In this document: one piece after another, positions 13,297 through 21,144 of the stretch
Layout of the letters: each line of letters starts with the position of its first letter
How positions within the stretch are numbered: position 1 is the first letter of the stretch
IMG/VR virus record: IMGVR_UViG_3300029541_000013
Span: 1-38,826 of that record
Strand: one strand, 5' to 3'
Length of the DNA stretch: 38,826 nucleotides
Source of the DNA: a virus
The notes under the pieces: model-generated
Database searches by the model: none
What the model was told of the DNA's origin: nothing
What the model saw: only the letters and a program-made list of their open reading frames with translations
Position numbers and translations under genes: made by a program

Positions 13297-14230
13297 AGAG
13301 CGGCGAAAGAGCCTCGGCGGAAGCGACATGGGCGCGGTGCTGGGCCTGAATAAATACCGTTCGCCCTACACGGTATGGGCGGAAAAGACCGGCAGGATCG
13401 GCGAAGAACCGGACAACGAGGCAATGCGCGTCGGGCGAGACCTTGAGCCGTATGTGGCAAGCCGTTTTGAAGAAGTGAGCCGCAAGGCGGTGCGCCGCAT
13501 GAACTACCTGCTGCGCCGTGAGGACTGCCCTCACCTACACGCCAACATCGACCGGCAGATCCTCGGCGAAAGCTCCGGCCTTGAATGCAAAACCGCAAGC
13601 GCGCTGAATCTCAAGCGCTACGAGGGCGGGGACTTCCCCGAAAGCTACTACGCACAGTGCGTGACGTATCTGGCTGTGACCGGCTGGCAGCGGTGGTATC
13701 TCGCTGCGCTGGTGCTTGGCAAGGGCTTTTACTGCTACCAGATCACGACGGTCAAAGACGATGACACGCCGGAATGGTGCGAGAGCAGTGTATACGTCAG
13801 CCCGGAAGAGATCGAGGCCATCAAGCGCTGCGCTGAGGACTTCTGGCGCGACTACATCGAGGCCGACAGCCCGCCGCCGATGGACGGTATGGAGAGCACG
13901 ACGGAGACGATCACGAGCATCTACGAGGGCGGCGGCGGAGAGGTAGAGCTCTTCGGGCGCGAAAGCCTCATCGAGCAGTATCAATACCTGATGAGCCGCA
14001 AAAAGTCCATCGAGAAGGGCGCGGACGCCATCAAGCAGCAGTTGATGACCGACCTCGGTGACAACGAGCGCGGCTACTGTGGGAAATACACGGTCGACTG
14101 GAAGGGGCAGTCGCGGCAGACCTTTGACGCAAAGACGTTTGCCAAGGATCACCCCGAGGTGGACTTGAGCGCTTACTACAAAACGACAAATTTCCGCAAA
14201 TTTGCGGTGAAGGAGGACAAAGAAAGATGA
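13244..14230 (+). CDS. YqaJ-type recombination exonuclease (lambda Exo-like PD-(D/E)xK)
   Basis: EEWLEERRKSLGGSDMGAVLGLNKYRSPYTVWAEKTG and ...ANIDRQI...GLECKTAS motifs. It is followed by RecT. Confidence 0.88.
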   Translation: MKMQKISTRGMSREEWLEERRKSLGGSDMGAVLGLNKYRSPYTVWAEKTGRIGEEPDNEAMRVGRDLEPYVASRFEEVSRKAVRRMNYLLRREDCPHLHANIDRQILGESSGLECKTASALNLKRYEGGDFPESYYAQCVTYLAVTGWQRWYLAALVLGKGFYCYQITTVKDDDTPEWCESSVYVSPEEIEAIKRCAEDFWRDYIEADSPPPMDGMESTTETITSIYEGGGGEVELFGRESLIEQYQYLMSRKKSIEKGADAIKQQLMTDLGDNERGYCGKYTVDWKGQSRQTFDAKTFAKDHPEVDLSAYYKTTNFRKFAVKEDKER

Positions 14231-15045
14231 AGGAAGGATTGATTCAGAACGCGCAGGGTGCACAGGCCGTAAAGAAAGGCAATCCAACGATGCAGCAGTA
14301 CATCAAGCAGATGGAAGGTGAGATCGCCAAGGCACTGCCGAGCGTCATCACGCCGGAGCGCTTCATGCGCATCACGCTTTCTGCTCTGAGCGCAAACAAG
14401 CAGCTCGCGCAGACGACGCCGCAGAGCTTCCTCGGCGCGATGATGACGGCAGCACAGCTCGGCATGGAGCCGAACACGCCGCTTGGGCAGGCGTACCTGA
14501 TTCCGTACCGCAACCACGGTCAACTGGAATGCCAATTCCAACTGGGATACAAGGGGCTCATTGACCTTGCGTACCGCAGCGGTGAGGTCAGCATTATTCA
14601 GGCGCAGGTCGTTTACGAGAACGACGAGTTTGAATATTCCTTCGGCCTTGAGCCGAAGCTCAACCACAAGCCCGCCTGCGGCGAGCGCGGTGATCCGAAA
14701 TTCATCTACGCAATGTTCCGCACGAAAGACGGAGGATTCGGCTACGACGTGATGAGCGTCGAGGACGTGCGCAACCACGCGAAGCGCTTTTCCAAGGCAT
14801 ACAGCAATGGCCCGTGGCAAACGAACTTCGAGGAGATGGCAAAGAAGACTGTGCTCAAGCGCGTGCTCAAGTATGCGCCGCTCAAGAGCGACTTTGTTCG
14901 CGCGGTGGCGCAGGACGAGACCATCAAAACGAAGATCAGCGAGGACATGTATTCCGTGAGCGATGACACGGTCATCGAGGCTGAGAACTTCGCCGTGGAT
15001 GAGACGACCGGCGAGGTCATCGAAAGTGACGGTGACGCACAGTGA
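14227..15045 (+). CDS. recT: RecT-family single-strand annealing protein
   Basis: ATGA overlap with the upstream gene. Conserved core LGQAYLIPYRNHGQLECQFQLGYKGLIDLAYRSG. Confidence 0.9.
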   Translation: MKEGLIQNAQGAQAVKKGNPTMQQYIKQMEGEIAKALPSVITPERFMRITLSALSANKQLAQTTPQSFLGAMMTAAQLGMEPNTPLGQAYLIPYRNHGQLECQFQLGYKGLIDLAYRSGEVSIIQAQVVYENDEFEYSFGLEPKLNHKPACGERGDPKFIYAMFRTKDGGFGYDVMSVEDVRNHAKRFSKAYSNGPWQTNFEEMAKKTVLKRVLKYAPLKSDFVRAVAQDETIKTKISEDMYSVSDDTVIEAENFAVDETTGEVIESDGDAQ

Positions 15046-15047
15046 GC

Positions 15048-15452
15048 ATGAATCGCGTGTGTCTGATGGGCCGCATCGGGCGTGACTTGGAGCTGAAAAA
15101 GACGAACAGCGGCGTATCCGTTGTGTCGTTCCCTCTTGCCGTTGATCGCAACGGCAAAGAGGGCGGCACGGACTGGATCGACGTTGTCGCATGGCGCGGC
15201 ACGGCAGAGGTGCTCTGCAACTGCGCTGATAAAGGTCGCATGATCGGCGTCGAGGGGTGCTTGCAGATGCGCGACTGGACGGACAAGAACGGCAACAAGC
15301 GCAGGAGCTACGAGGTGCAGGCTGACAGCGTGTATTTCGCAGACAACAGGCGCTCGGAGGGTAACAACACCGCCGCACCGCAATACGTCACAGAGAGCGC
15401 CGCAGGAGGCTTTGCAGAGGTTAACGAGGATTGCGGCGAGTTGCCGTTTTAA
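15048..15452 (+). CDS. ssb: Single-stranded DNA-binding protein
   Basis: MNRVCLMGRIGRDLELKKT... OB-fold N-terminus and an acidic C-terminal tip ...DCGELPF. GTG 15042 is an alternative start. Confidence 0.9.
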   Translation: MNRVCLMGRIGRDLELKKTNSGVSVVSFPLAVDRNGKEGGTDWIDVVAWRGTAEVLCNCADKGRMIGVEGCLQMRDWTDKNGNKRRSYEVQADSVYFADNRRSEGNNTAAPQYVTESAAGGFAEVNEDCGELPF

Positions 15453-15463
15453 GGGAGTAGTCT

Positions 15464-16285
15464 ATGGCAAAAAGCGGGATCGATTACTTTCCGCTTGATG
15501 TCACATTGAACGCAAAGTTTGAACTGATAGAAGCAGAATTTGGCTTGACAGGATTTGGTGTAGTCGTTCACTTGCTGCAAGAGATTTACGGTAAGGCGGG
15601 TTACTACATTGAATGGACAGAGGAGGTTGCGCTTTTGTTCGCCCGCAAGGTCGGGTTGGGTGGGAGCGTCGTTTCCGAAATAATAGAGGCTTCTATCAGA
15701 CGAGGGATGTTCGACAAAGAGAAGTATGACAAGTACCACGTATTGACTTCTAAAGGCATACAGGAAAGGTACTTCGAGGCAGTCAGCCGCCGTAAAACTC
15801 TCGAAGTCGATTACAACATCCTTCTGCTTGATGTTGCTCAAATTTTGCCCAATGTTGACATTCAAGCAAAAAATGTAAACATTCTTTCGAAAAATGCTGA
15901 CATCGAGAGACAAAGTAAAGTAGAGAAAAGTAGAGAAGAGGAGAGCAAAGAAGAGTATGGATGCGCGGAGCCGCAAGCGGCTCACACGCCGCCAATCGTC
16001 TCTCTCGTGCTTAACGATGGGTCTTTCTTCGATGTCTTATCTTTCGACGTATCGAAATGGGAAGCGCTATATCCCAATGTCGATGTTAAGCAGCAGCTTA
16101 GAAACATGGCAGGGTGGTGCGATGCGAACCCTACCAAGCGAAAGACGCGCGGAGGGATTAAGCGTTTCATTACTAATTGGCTCGCCGAAGAGCAGAACAA
16201 GGGCGGCAAAGCACCGCAGACGCGTCCGGGCGGCGATGTATTCACCGAGATGTTGGAGGAGGAAAAGAACCGTGGAAAGAGTTGA
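15464..16285 (+). CDS. Replisome organiser / replication initiation protein (DUF4373, Lin1244-like N-terminal domain)
   Basis: YFPLDVTLNAKFELIEAEFGLTGFGVVVHLLQEIYGKAGYY...LTSKGIQERY. The gene carries internal iterons. Confidence 0.85.
   Translation: MAKSGIDYFPLDVTLNAKFELIEAEFGLTGFGVVVHLLQEIYGKAGYYIEWTEEVALLFARKVGLGGSVVSEIIEASIRRGMFDKEKYDKYHVLTSKGIQERYFEAVSRRKTLEVDYNILLLDVAQILPNVDIQAKNVNILSKNADIERQSKVEKSREEESKEEYGCAEPQAAHTPPIVSLVLNDGSFFDVLSFDVSKWEALYPNVDVKQQLRNMAGWCDANPTKRKTRGGIKRFITNWLAEEQNKGGKAPQTRPGGDVFTEMLEEEKNRGKS
15830..15903 (+). repeat. Four 11-bp iterons phased every 21 bp (candidate origin of replication)
   Basis: GATGTTGCTCA (15830), AATGTTGACAT (15851), AATGTAAACAT (15872) and AATGCTGACAT (15893). 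An AT-rich context and tandem AAGTAGAGAA x2 (15918-15937) follow. Confidence 0.65.
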
Positions 16286-16658
16286 CGTCATTAGCCTTTT
16301 AGGGCGATTGAAACGGGCTTATCCGCAGGCATATGCCAAGATGACCCGCGCAGAAGCCGAAGAGCTGGTTTCCCTCTGGTCGGACATGCTGGGCAGTGAA
16401 GACCCTGCCGCGGCAAAGGACGCAGTGGACGCGCTAATCGCCGAGGATACGAAGGGATTCCCCCCAAAGGTGGGCCAAGTGCTGGCAAAAATCAGGGGCG
16501 CCGCTTCCCCGCACGTCTCGGTGGCTTGGATGAAGCCATACATCGAGCAGATAGCTGAACAGGAGGCCTTCATGCCGAGCGTATCGCGTTATGCGAGAGA
16601 GCACGGCATGACGTGGGAAGCGGCGGCTGCCAAAATGGAGGGGAGCAATGGGAATTGA
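16272..16658 (+). CDS. Putative helicase-loader-like protein (G39P N-terminal-domain-like)
   Basis: GTG 16272 lies 9 nt after GGAGGAGG. LLGRLKRAYPQ...AEELVSLWSDMLGSEDPAAAKDAVDALIAE....FPPKVGQV resembles the G39P loader pattern (recalled, unverified). Confidence 0.5.
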   Translation: MERVDVISLLGRLKRAYPQAYAKMTRAEAEELVSLWSDMLGSEDPAAAKDAVDALIAEDTKGFPPKVGQVLAKIRGAASPHVSVAWMKPYIEQIAEQEAFMPSVSRYAREHGMTWEAAAAKMEGSNGN

Positions 16659-17085
16659 TATTTCTCAGCTTGGGAAAGATGCTCAAGCTCAGGTCATGGC
16701 AAAGATGGCCGTGCAGGAAGTCAAGAAGCGCAGCAAATACGGGAACCGCAAGGTCGTGCGCGATGGCATCAAGTTTGATTCCGAGCGCGAGGAGGCGCGG
16801 TTCGGCGAGTTGAAAGTGCTGCATGCGATGGGCAAGATTCGCGATTTGCGGCTGCAAGTGAATTTTACCCTCGTAGAGGGCTACAAGACCATCGAGGGCA
16901 AACGCATCAAGCCGATGGTCTACCGAGCGGACTTTACCTACGAGCGAGCGACCGAGCCGGACTGCAACGGTACGGTGTATTGGCTGCGCGAGGTTGAGGA
17001 CGCGAAGGGTATGAAAACGAAAGACTATCTGCTCAAAAAGAAACTGATGCAGGACAAGTACGGCATCACGATCCGCGAGGTGTGA
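16648..17085 (+). CDS. DUF1064-family protein (putative structure-specific endonuclease)
   Basis: KYGNRKVVRDGIKFDSEREEARFGELKVL...GKIRDLRLQV.F.L......YRADFTY......EDAKG fits the DUF1064 pattern. Confidence 0.8.
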   Translation: MGIDISQLGKDAQAQVMAKMAVQEVKKRSKYGNRKVVRDGIKFDSEREEARFGELKVLHAMGKIRDLRLQVNFTLVEGYKTIEGKRIKPMVYRADFTYERATEPDCNGTVYWLREVEDAKGMKTKDYLLKKKLMQDKYGITIREV

Positions 17086-17086
17086 G

Positions 17087-17281
17087 ATGAGCTTTGAGCA
17101 CTGCCACAGTTGCAAGCCGCCAACGCGGCACGTAGGCTGTCACGGCGATTGCCCGTACTATCAGGCGGATATCGCCAAGTACAACGAGGCAAAGGAAGAA
17201 GAAGCGCGCCAAACGCAGGAACGCGGTGCCTATTGGGGCGCGCGGCAGTTTAAGACGAGGCGCTATCAACGAACGAAATGA
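17087..17281 (+). CDS. Cys/His-rich small protein
   Basis: RBS GAGGTG. HCHSC...HVGCHGDCPYY cluster followed by a basic tail. Confidence 0.6.
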   Translation: MSFEHCHSCKPPTRHVGCHGDCPYYQADIAKYNEAKEEEARQTQERGAYWGARQFKTRRYQRTK

Positions 17282-17295
17282 GGGAGCAAGAAAAG

Positions 17296-17742
17296 ATGTT
17301 GACAGAAAAAGAGTTGGGCGAACGGCTCAAGAATATTCGCGAAGTGCGCCGCATCAGCCAGTTTCGCCTTGGCGAAATGGTGGAATGCGGGCAGGGGCAT
17401 ATCGGGAAGCTGGAAAAGGGTGAGCACTACCCGAAGCTGCCGACGCTGTACAAGATCAGCGAAGCGCTGAATATTTCCGTAAGTGATATTTTGGCGGAAT
17501 CTCCGCCGTCAAAGAATGGGATGCTTTCGCCGGAGGAAGTCGGCGCAAACATCCGCAAATGGCGAACCATGCGGGGGCTTGGTGTGAAGAAGCTGGCGGA
17601 AAAGTCGGGCATATCGCGCAACAGCATCCGAAACCTTGAGACCGGCAAGTGCATGAGCTTCCTGCTGACGTATCAGTACATTGCCGAAGCGCTGGGCGTG
17701 ACCGTCGGGACGCTGCTCGGAGAGACGGGCGGTGCGGAATGA
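17296..17742 (+). CDS. Tandem double XRE-type HTH protein
   Basis: ATG 17296 lies 9 nt after GAGGGAG; ATG 17278 is possible. Two HTH units: ISQFRLGEMVECGQGHIGKLEKG and LGVKKLAEKSGISRNSIRNLETG. Confidence 0.8.
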   Translation: MLTEKELGERLKNIREVRRISQFRLGEMVECGQGHIGKLEKGEHYPKLPTLYKISEALNISVSDILAESPPSKNGMLSPEEVGANIRKWRTMRGLGVKKLAEKSGISRNSIRNLETGKCMSFLLTYQYIAEALGVTVGTLLGETGGAE

Positions 17743-17972
17743 TCTCAAAACGCATTTACATGAAACTCGATTGGAATCACGCAGGGATTCCTGTGTGTGT
17801 GGCAGATTCGCCAAGCGAGTTAGCCCGTCTATGCGGTACGTCGCTTTCCACGGTATCACACGCAGTCGCGAAATCGCAGAAGAAGCCTACCGGGAAGTCT
17901 TGGTATGTTGGCGTTTGGACACGTTGGAGCAACCGAGAATACAAGGAATATTTCGGGGAGGTGCACGCATGA
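17739..17972 (+). CDS. Small HTH-like protein
   Basis: ATGA overlap with the upstream gene. SPSELARLCGTSLSTVSHAV resembles an HTH. Confidence 0.6.
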   Translation: MISKRIYMKLDWNHAGIPVCVADSPSELARLCGTSLSTVSHAVAKSQKKPTGKSWYVGVWTRWSNREYKEYFGEVHA

Positions 17973-18223
17973 GCAAGGTCATGAGACCGAAAACGCCGTT
18001 TGAGTTCTGCACCTATCCGGCGCTGAAAGAAGCACTGGAAAAGACGAACTATAACCAAACCGAACTGGCGCAATCTCTCGGCACGTCGCAGTTTACGGTG
18101 TCGGCGTGGGCGCGCGGCGACCGCGATACAACGGTGCGGCTGTTGCTGGCGCTGGAAGATTTGACGGGGATGACGTTCCGCGAGCTGTTCGGGGAATGCG
18201 AGGGACGCCGTGGAAGGGTATAG
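17969..18223 (+). CDS. XRE-type HTH protein
   Basis: ATGA overlap with the upstream gene. YNQTELAQSLGTSQFTVSAWARG. Confidence 0.7.
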   Translation: MSKVMRPKTPFEFCTYPALKEALEKTNYNQTELAQSLGTSQFTVSAWARGDRDTTVRLLLALEDLTGMTFRELFGECEGRRGRV

Positions 18224-18512
18224 CAATCAGCCGATTCCGAAGGAGGCGGCGAAACAGCTTTTAGCCCTCGATCTGGAAGACAAGGAAATCCTGACATACG
18301 AAAAACTCGACCAGTGGTACACCGCGTGGAACGGAAAGTGCTATGTGTCATTTTCCGGTGGTAAGGATAGCACGGTGCTGGCATACTTGGCGGCGCGTTA
18401 CCTATCGAGTTTCAGGGCGCCGCCGCAGATGTTTGGGCGGCAGTCGGCGAACGCCCCCTTTTCGGACATCATAGCGGCAAAAAATCACAGACCTTTTGGG
18501 GCTGCTTTATGA
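18210..18512 (+). pseudogene. Truncated PAPS-reductase / PP-loop family gene remnant
   Basis: The N-terminal ~65 aa include the PP-loop signature YVSFSGGKDSTVL. The sequence then degenerates and stops after 100 aa, whereas family members I know are several-fold longer. Confidence 0.6.
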
Positions 18513-18610
18513 AATTTGAGGACGCAAACGAGGCGCACCGCTACTTTACGGCGGAGGCGGATATCAATGGGAAGAGGCTCAGAGAGAGCTTTAAATTTTA
18601 GGAGGAAAAG

Positions 18611-18952
18611 ATGGACGCACTGGAATTTTTAAGAGAACGGAAAAGAATGTGCAACTACTATAGTCATTGCGATGGCTGCCCGCTTGACGATAGCAAATGC
18701 GTTATCGAGAGCTCCACCACAGATGAAGATTGCAAGAGAATCGTTGCTGCCGTTGAGCAGTGGTCGAAGGAGAACCCGCGCAAGACGCGGCAGAGCGTGT
18801 TTCTGGAGCAGCATCCTAACTGCATGACGGACGATGCTGGAGTTGTCGGGATATGCCCAAGAAATGTTGACAAGACGTATGTCTGCGACTTGAGACGCCT
18901 TGGTGGGTGCGCGGACTGCCGCCGCAAGTTCTGGATGCAGGAGGTGGAGTGA
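18611..18952 (+). CDS. Cys-rich hypothetical protein
   Basis: RBS AGGAGG. CNYYSHCDGCPL and ICP...C....GGCADCRRKFW motifs. Confidence 0.7.
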   Translation: MDALEFLRERKRMCNYYSHCDGCPLDDSKCVIESSTTDEDCKRIVAAVEQWSKENPRKTRQSVFLEQHPNCMTDDAGVVGICPRNVDKTYVCDLRRLGGCADCRRKFWMQEVE

Positions 18953-19473
18953 TGGAACGACTGACAAAACGCGAAAATGGGCATGCGCATTACCCGAGAT
19001 GCTTTGAAGAACCGTGCGGCGGCATGGGATGCCGCACTGAGGACTGTGAATTTAAGGTCGAAATCTGCGAACGCCTTGCCGCCTACGAGGACACGGGGCT
19101 GACGCCGGAGGAGGTTTTGCCAAAGGATAAGGCGGACGAGATCGCGCTGAAGCTTATGCGACTTGCTGATTTGGAAAGTTTTTGCAACTATACCCGCCTG
19201 CGGGAGCTGGCCGAGGCAAACAAGGACGGGCGCGTGGTGGTGCTGCCGTGCAAGGTGGGCCAGCGGGTATTCGCCTTACTGGACACGGACAAGCATCTAA
19301 GCGAGTGCGAGGTTAAGCAGATCGGATTGGGTAATGAGATTGGCTTTGTTGGCATCGAGCCAATAGGCGCTCGCGGACGGGAATACGGAGTATCGATAAA
19401 TGGCTTCGGCAAGACCGTATTCCTCACCCGCGAGGAGGCGGAGAAAGCATTGGAGGCGATAAAAGATGCATGA
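18952..19473 (+). CDS. Hypothetical protein
   Basis: ATG 18952 shares 1 nt with the upstream stop. Cys-rich N-terminus and an ERLAAYEDTGLTPEEV motif. Confidence 0.7.
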   Translation: MERLTKRENGHAHYPRCFEEPCGGMGCRTEDCEFKVEICERLAAYEDTGLTPEEVLPKDKADEIALKLMRLADLESFCNYTRLRELAEANKDGRVVVLPCKVGQRVFALLDTDKHLSECEVKQIGLGNEIGFVGIEPIGARGREYGVSINGFGKTVFLTREEAEKALEAIKDA

Positions 19474-19642
19474 CCTAAAACCTTGCCCGTTCTGCGGCGG
19501 AGAAGCAATACTTGAAACAGTAGATGGCAACAGCCCAAAAGAGTGCTATATATACTGCCCAGAGTGTGATTTTGAAAGTGGCGTATATAGCGAACCCAAA
19601 TTTATCGTCGAAAAGTGGAACAGGAGGGCTAACAATGGCTGA
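19466..19642 (+). CDS. Lar-family (restriction-alleviation-type) zinc-ribbon protein, 58 aa (below ORF-track cut-off)
   Basis: MHDLKPCPFCGGEAILE...YIYCPECDFES...VEKWNRRANNG fits the Lar pattern (CPFCG...C..C...WNRR). Confidence 0.7.
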   Translation: MHDLKPCPFCGGEAILETVDGNSPKECYIYCPECDFESGVYSEPKFIVEKWNRRANNG

Positions 19643-19913
19643 ATACATTGAGCGAGAAGCGTTACTGCTTCGCATAGATTGTTACGGCACGAATAAATTT
19701 GGTATGCTTGACGAGGATATAAGAGCCTTTGTAAAAGCGCAGCCCGCCGCCGACGTCGCGCCGGTGGTGCGGTGTAAGGACTGCAAGCACCTTGCCGCGG
19801 TCAACGTCAACGGGAAAGGAATTCCCACCTGTCGAGTGAGCGGCATGGAGGTCGCGACAGACGAATTTTGCAGCCGCGGAGAAGCATGGAACAGGAGGGC
19901 TGACAATGGCTAA
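19635..19913 (+). CDS. Mosaic paralogue: MAEYIE/ADVAPVV module fused to Lar-like C-terminus
   Basis: ATGGCTGA stop/start overlap. ...PAADVAPVVRCKDCKH...FCSRGEAWNRRADNG. Confidence 0.7.
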   Translation: MAEYIEREALLLRIDCYGTNKFGMLDEDIRAFVKAQPAADVAPVVRCKDCKHLAAVNVNGKGIPTCRVSGMEVATDEFCSRGEAWNRRADNG

Positions 19914-20232
19914 ATACGTCAAACGTGACGATGCGCTCTGTGCATTAGAGCAAATAAATCCTGTTGACTATGGTGCTATGTGGGACTATGAAGCTCATCA
20001 TTACGCAGGAGAGTGTCTAAGAGACTGCAAAGAGGCGATTGAGAATATCCATGCCGCCGACGTTGCTCCGGTGGTGCATGGGCGGTGGGAGCAAGATGCA
20101 GATGGCGATTGGTATTGTACAAACTGCGATGAAGTTGTTGCTATCTGCGAAAGTGGCAGAGAACGGACTTATCGCAAGCCGTACTGCCCCAACTGCGGTG
20201 CGATGATGGATTTGGAGGTCAAGGATGGCTGA
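19906..20232 (+). CDS. Paralogue with ADVAPVVHGRW motif and C-terminal zinc ribbon
   Basis: ATGGCTAA stop/start overlap. ...HAADVAPVVHGRWEQDADGDWYCTNC...YCPNCG. Confidence 0.7.
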   Translation: MAKYVKRDDALCALEQINPVDYGAMWDYEAHHYAGECLRDCKEAIENIHAADVAPVVHGRWEQDADGDWYCTNCDEVVAICESGRERTYRKPYCPNCGAMMDLEVKDG

Positions 20233-20386
20233 ATACATTGAGCTCGGTGTATTTATCGAGTTGGTGAAAGATATTCCAATGTGGGGCAGCGTGGCGGCTA
20301 TGCTTGCGGATAGCATTCCCGCCGCCGATGTTGCGCCGGTGGTGCATGGGAGATGGGTAGATGGCAAGTGTTCAAGAGGAAGCTGA
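20225..20386 (+). CDS. Truncated paralogue (53 aa) ending just after ADVAPVVHGRW
   Basis: ATGGCTGA overlap. Its first 19 nt are identical to 19635-19653. It lacks the zinc ribbon present in the 19906 paralogue. Confidence 0.5.
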   Translation: MAEYIELGVFIELVKDIPMWGSVAAMLADSIPAADVAPVVHGRWVDGKCSRGS

Positions 20387-20434
20387 GCCGTGAGTAAGTG
20401 GATCGTTATTACCCGCTGTGAGTTAAAACAAAAA

Positions 20435-20443
20435 GGGGGGGGG
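20435..20443 (+). repeat. Poly-G homopolymer (G9) in the RBS region of the 20449 gene
   Basis: AAAAGGGGGGGGGTAAAGATG, read directly. Confidence 0.9.
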
Positions 20444-20448
20444 TAAAG

Positions 20449-20658
20449 ATGGACGCTAAGTGCCTGAACCGTAGCGCAGTTGTATATAAGCAAATTGTGA
20501 TTCACGGGGGAGAGCAAAACGATAGTAGTCTTATTTTGGCAGCAAAAACATATCGAAAACAAGGTGCTGTAAGATATGTAAACCTCGATAGCGAATACAT
20601 AGTTGCAGAAATCGAAGGAGCAAAAGAGGTTTTTCGAGCAGAGAGGATGCGCATATGA
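20449..20658 (+). CDS. Hypothetical small protein
   Basis: 69 aa, with its start 5 nt after the G9 run. Its stop overlaps the start of the following HTH gene. Confidence 0.6.
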   Translation: MDAKCLNRSAVVYKQIVIHGGEQNDSSLILAAKTYRKQGAVRYVNLDSEYIVAEIEGAKEVFRAERMRI

Positions 20659-20873
20659 GCACGTTTCCTGACCGGCTGCGGAGATTGCGCGAGCGCCACC
20701 AACTAAAGCGCTGCGTGCTATCTGAGCTGTGCGGGCTGAACCGCAACACGATCAAGCGGTATGAGATGGGGACACAGAAACCGTCAATGGACGCGCTGAT
20801 AAGCATTGCTGATTATTTCGGCGTGTCGATTGATTATCTGCTCGGTCGATCGGACTACCCGAAAAGTTTATAA
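20655..20873 (+). CDS. XRE-family HTH protein
   Basis: LKRCVLSELCGLNRNTIKRYEMGTQKPSMDALISIADYFGVSIDYLLGRSD is a classical HTH_3 pattern. Confidence 0.85.
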   Translation: MSTFPDRLRRLRERHQLKRCVLSELCGLNRNTIKRYEMGTQKPSMDALISIADYFGVSIDYLLGRSDYPKSL

Positions 20874-20887
20874 AACTTTTTTGCAAA

Positions 20888-20905
20888 ACTCACTTATAAG
20901 TGAGT
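20888..20905. promoter_or_regulatory. 18-bp perfect palindrome
   Basis: ACTCACTTA/TAAGTGAGT, lying 15 nt after the HTH gene stop. Confidence 0.5.
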
Positions 20906-20931
20906 CGGGGGATTGTAATTATGGGAGAATT

Positions 20932-20963
20932 GAACCGCAGAGGTGTAAAAGCCTTTGCGGTTC
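20932..20963 (+). terminator. Strong 12-bp hairpin (possible end of the early operon)
   Basis: GAACCGCAGAGG (20932-20943) pairs with CCTTTGCGGTTC (20952-20963) with one G-T pair and an 8-nt loop. It is followed by a T-rich stretch, TCTCATTTAT. Confidence 0.45.
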
Positions 20964-21144
20964 TCTCATTTATGGCGTTTACCTCCTGCGCCATAGCGGG
21001 GCGCGGTGCTTTTCATCTTTTCACACCGACCCCGCAATATGCCGCACGCACGATGCAGCCCACGATCAGGGCCGAGAGGTCGCACCTCTCATGCGGCACA
21101 GGACCCCGCGCACCTCTCAACGATGTGGCCCAGCGGGGACATAC

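Noticed and set aside
14176-15378. 400-aa minus-strand ORF (similar cases at 2587..3723, 28749..30086, 35709..36662 and 13535..14287)
   Set aside because: All are antisense to confidently identified genes (RecT/SSB, CBM protein, capsid, tape measure, YqaJ). Their translations are low-complexity and Arg/Ala-rich.
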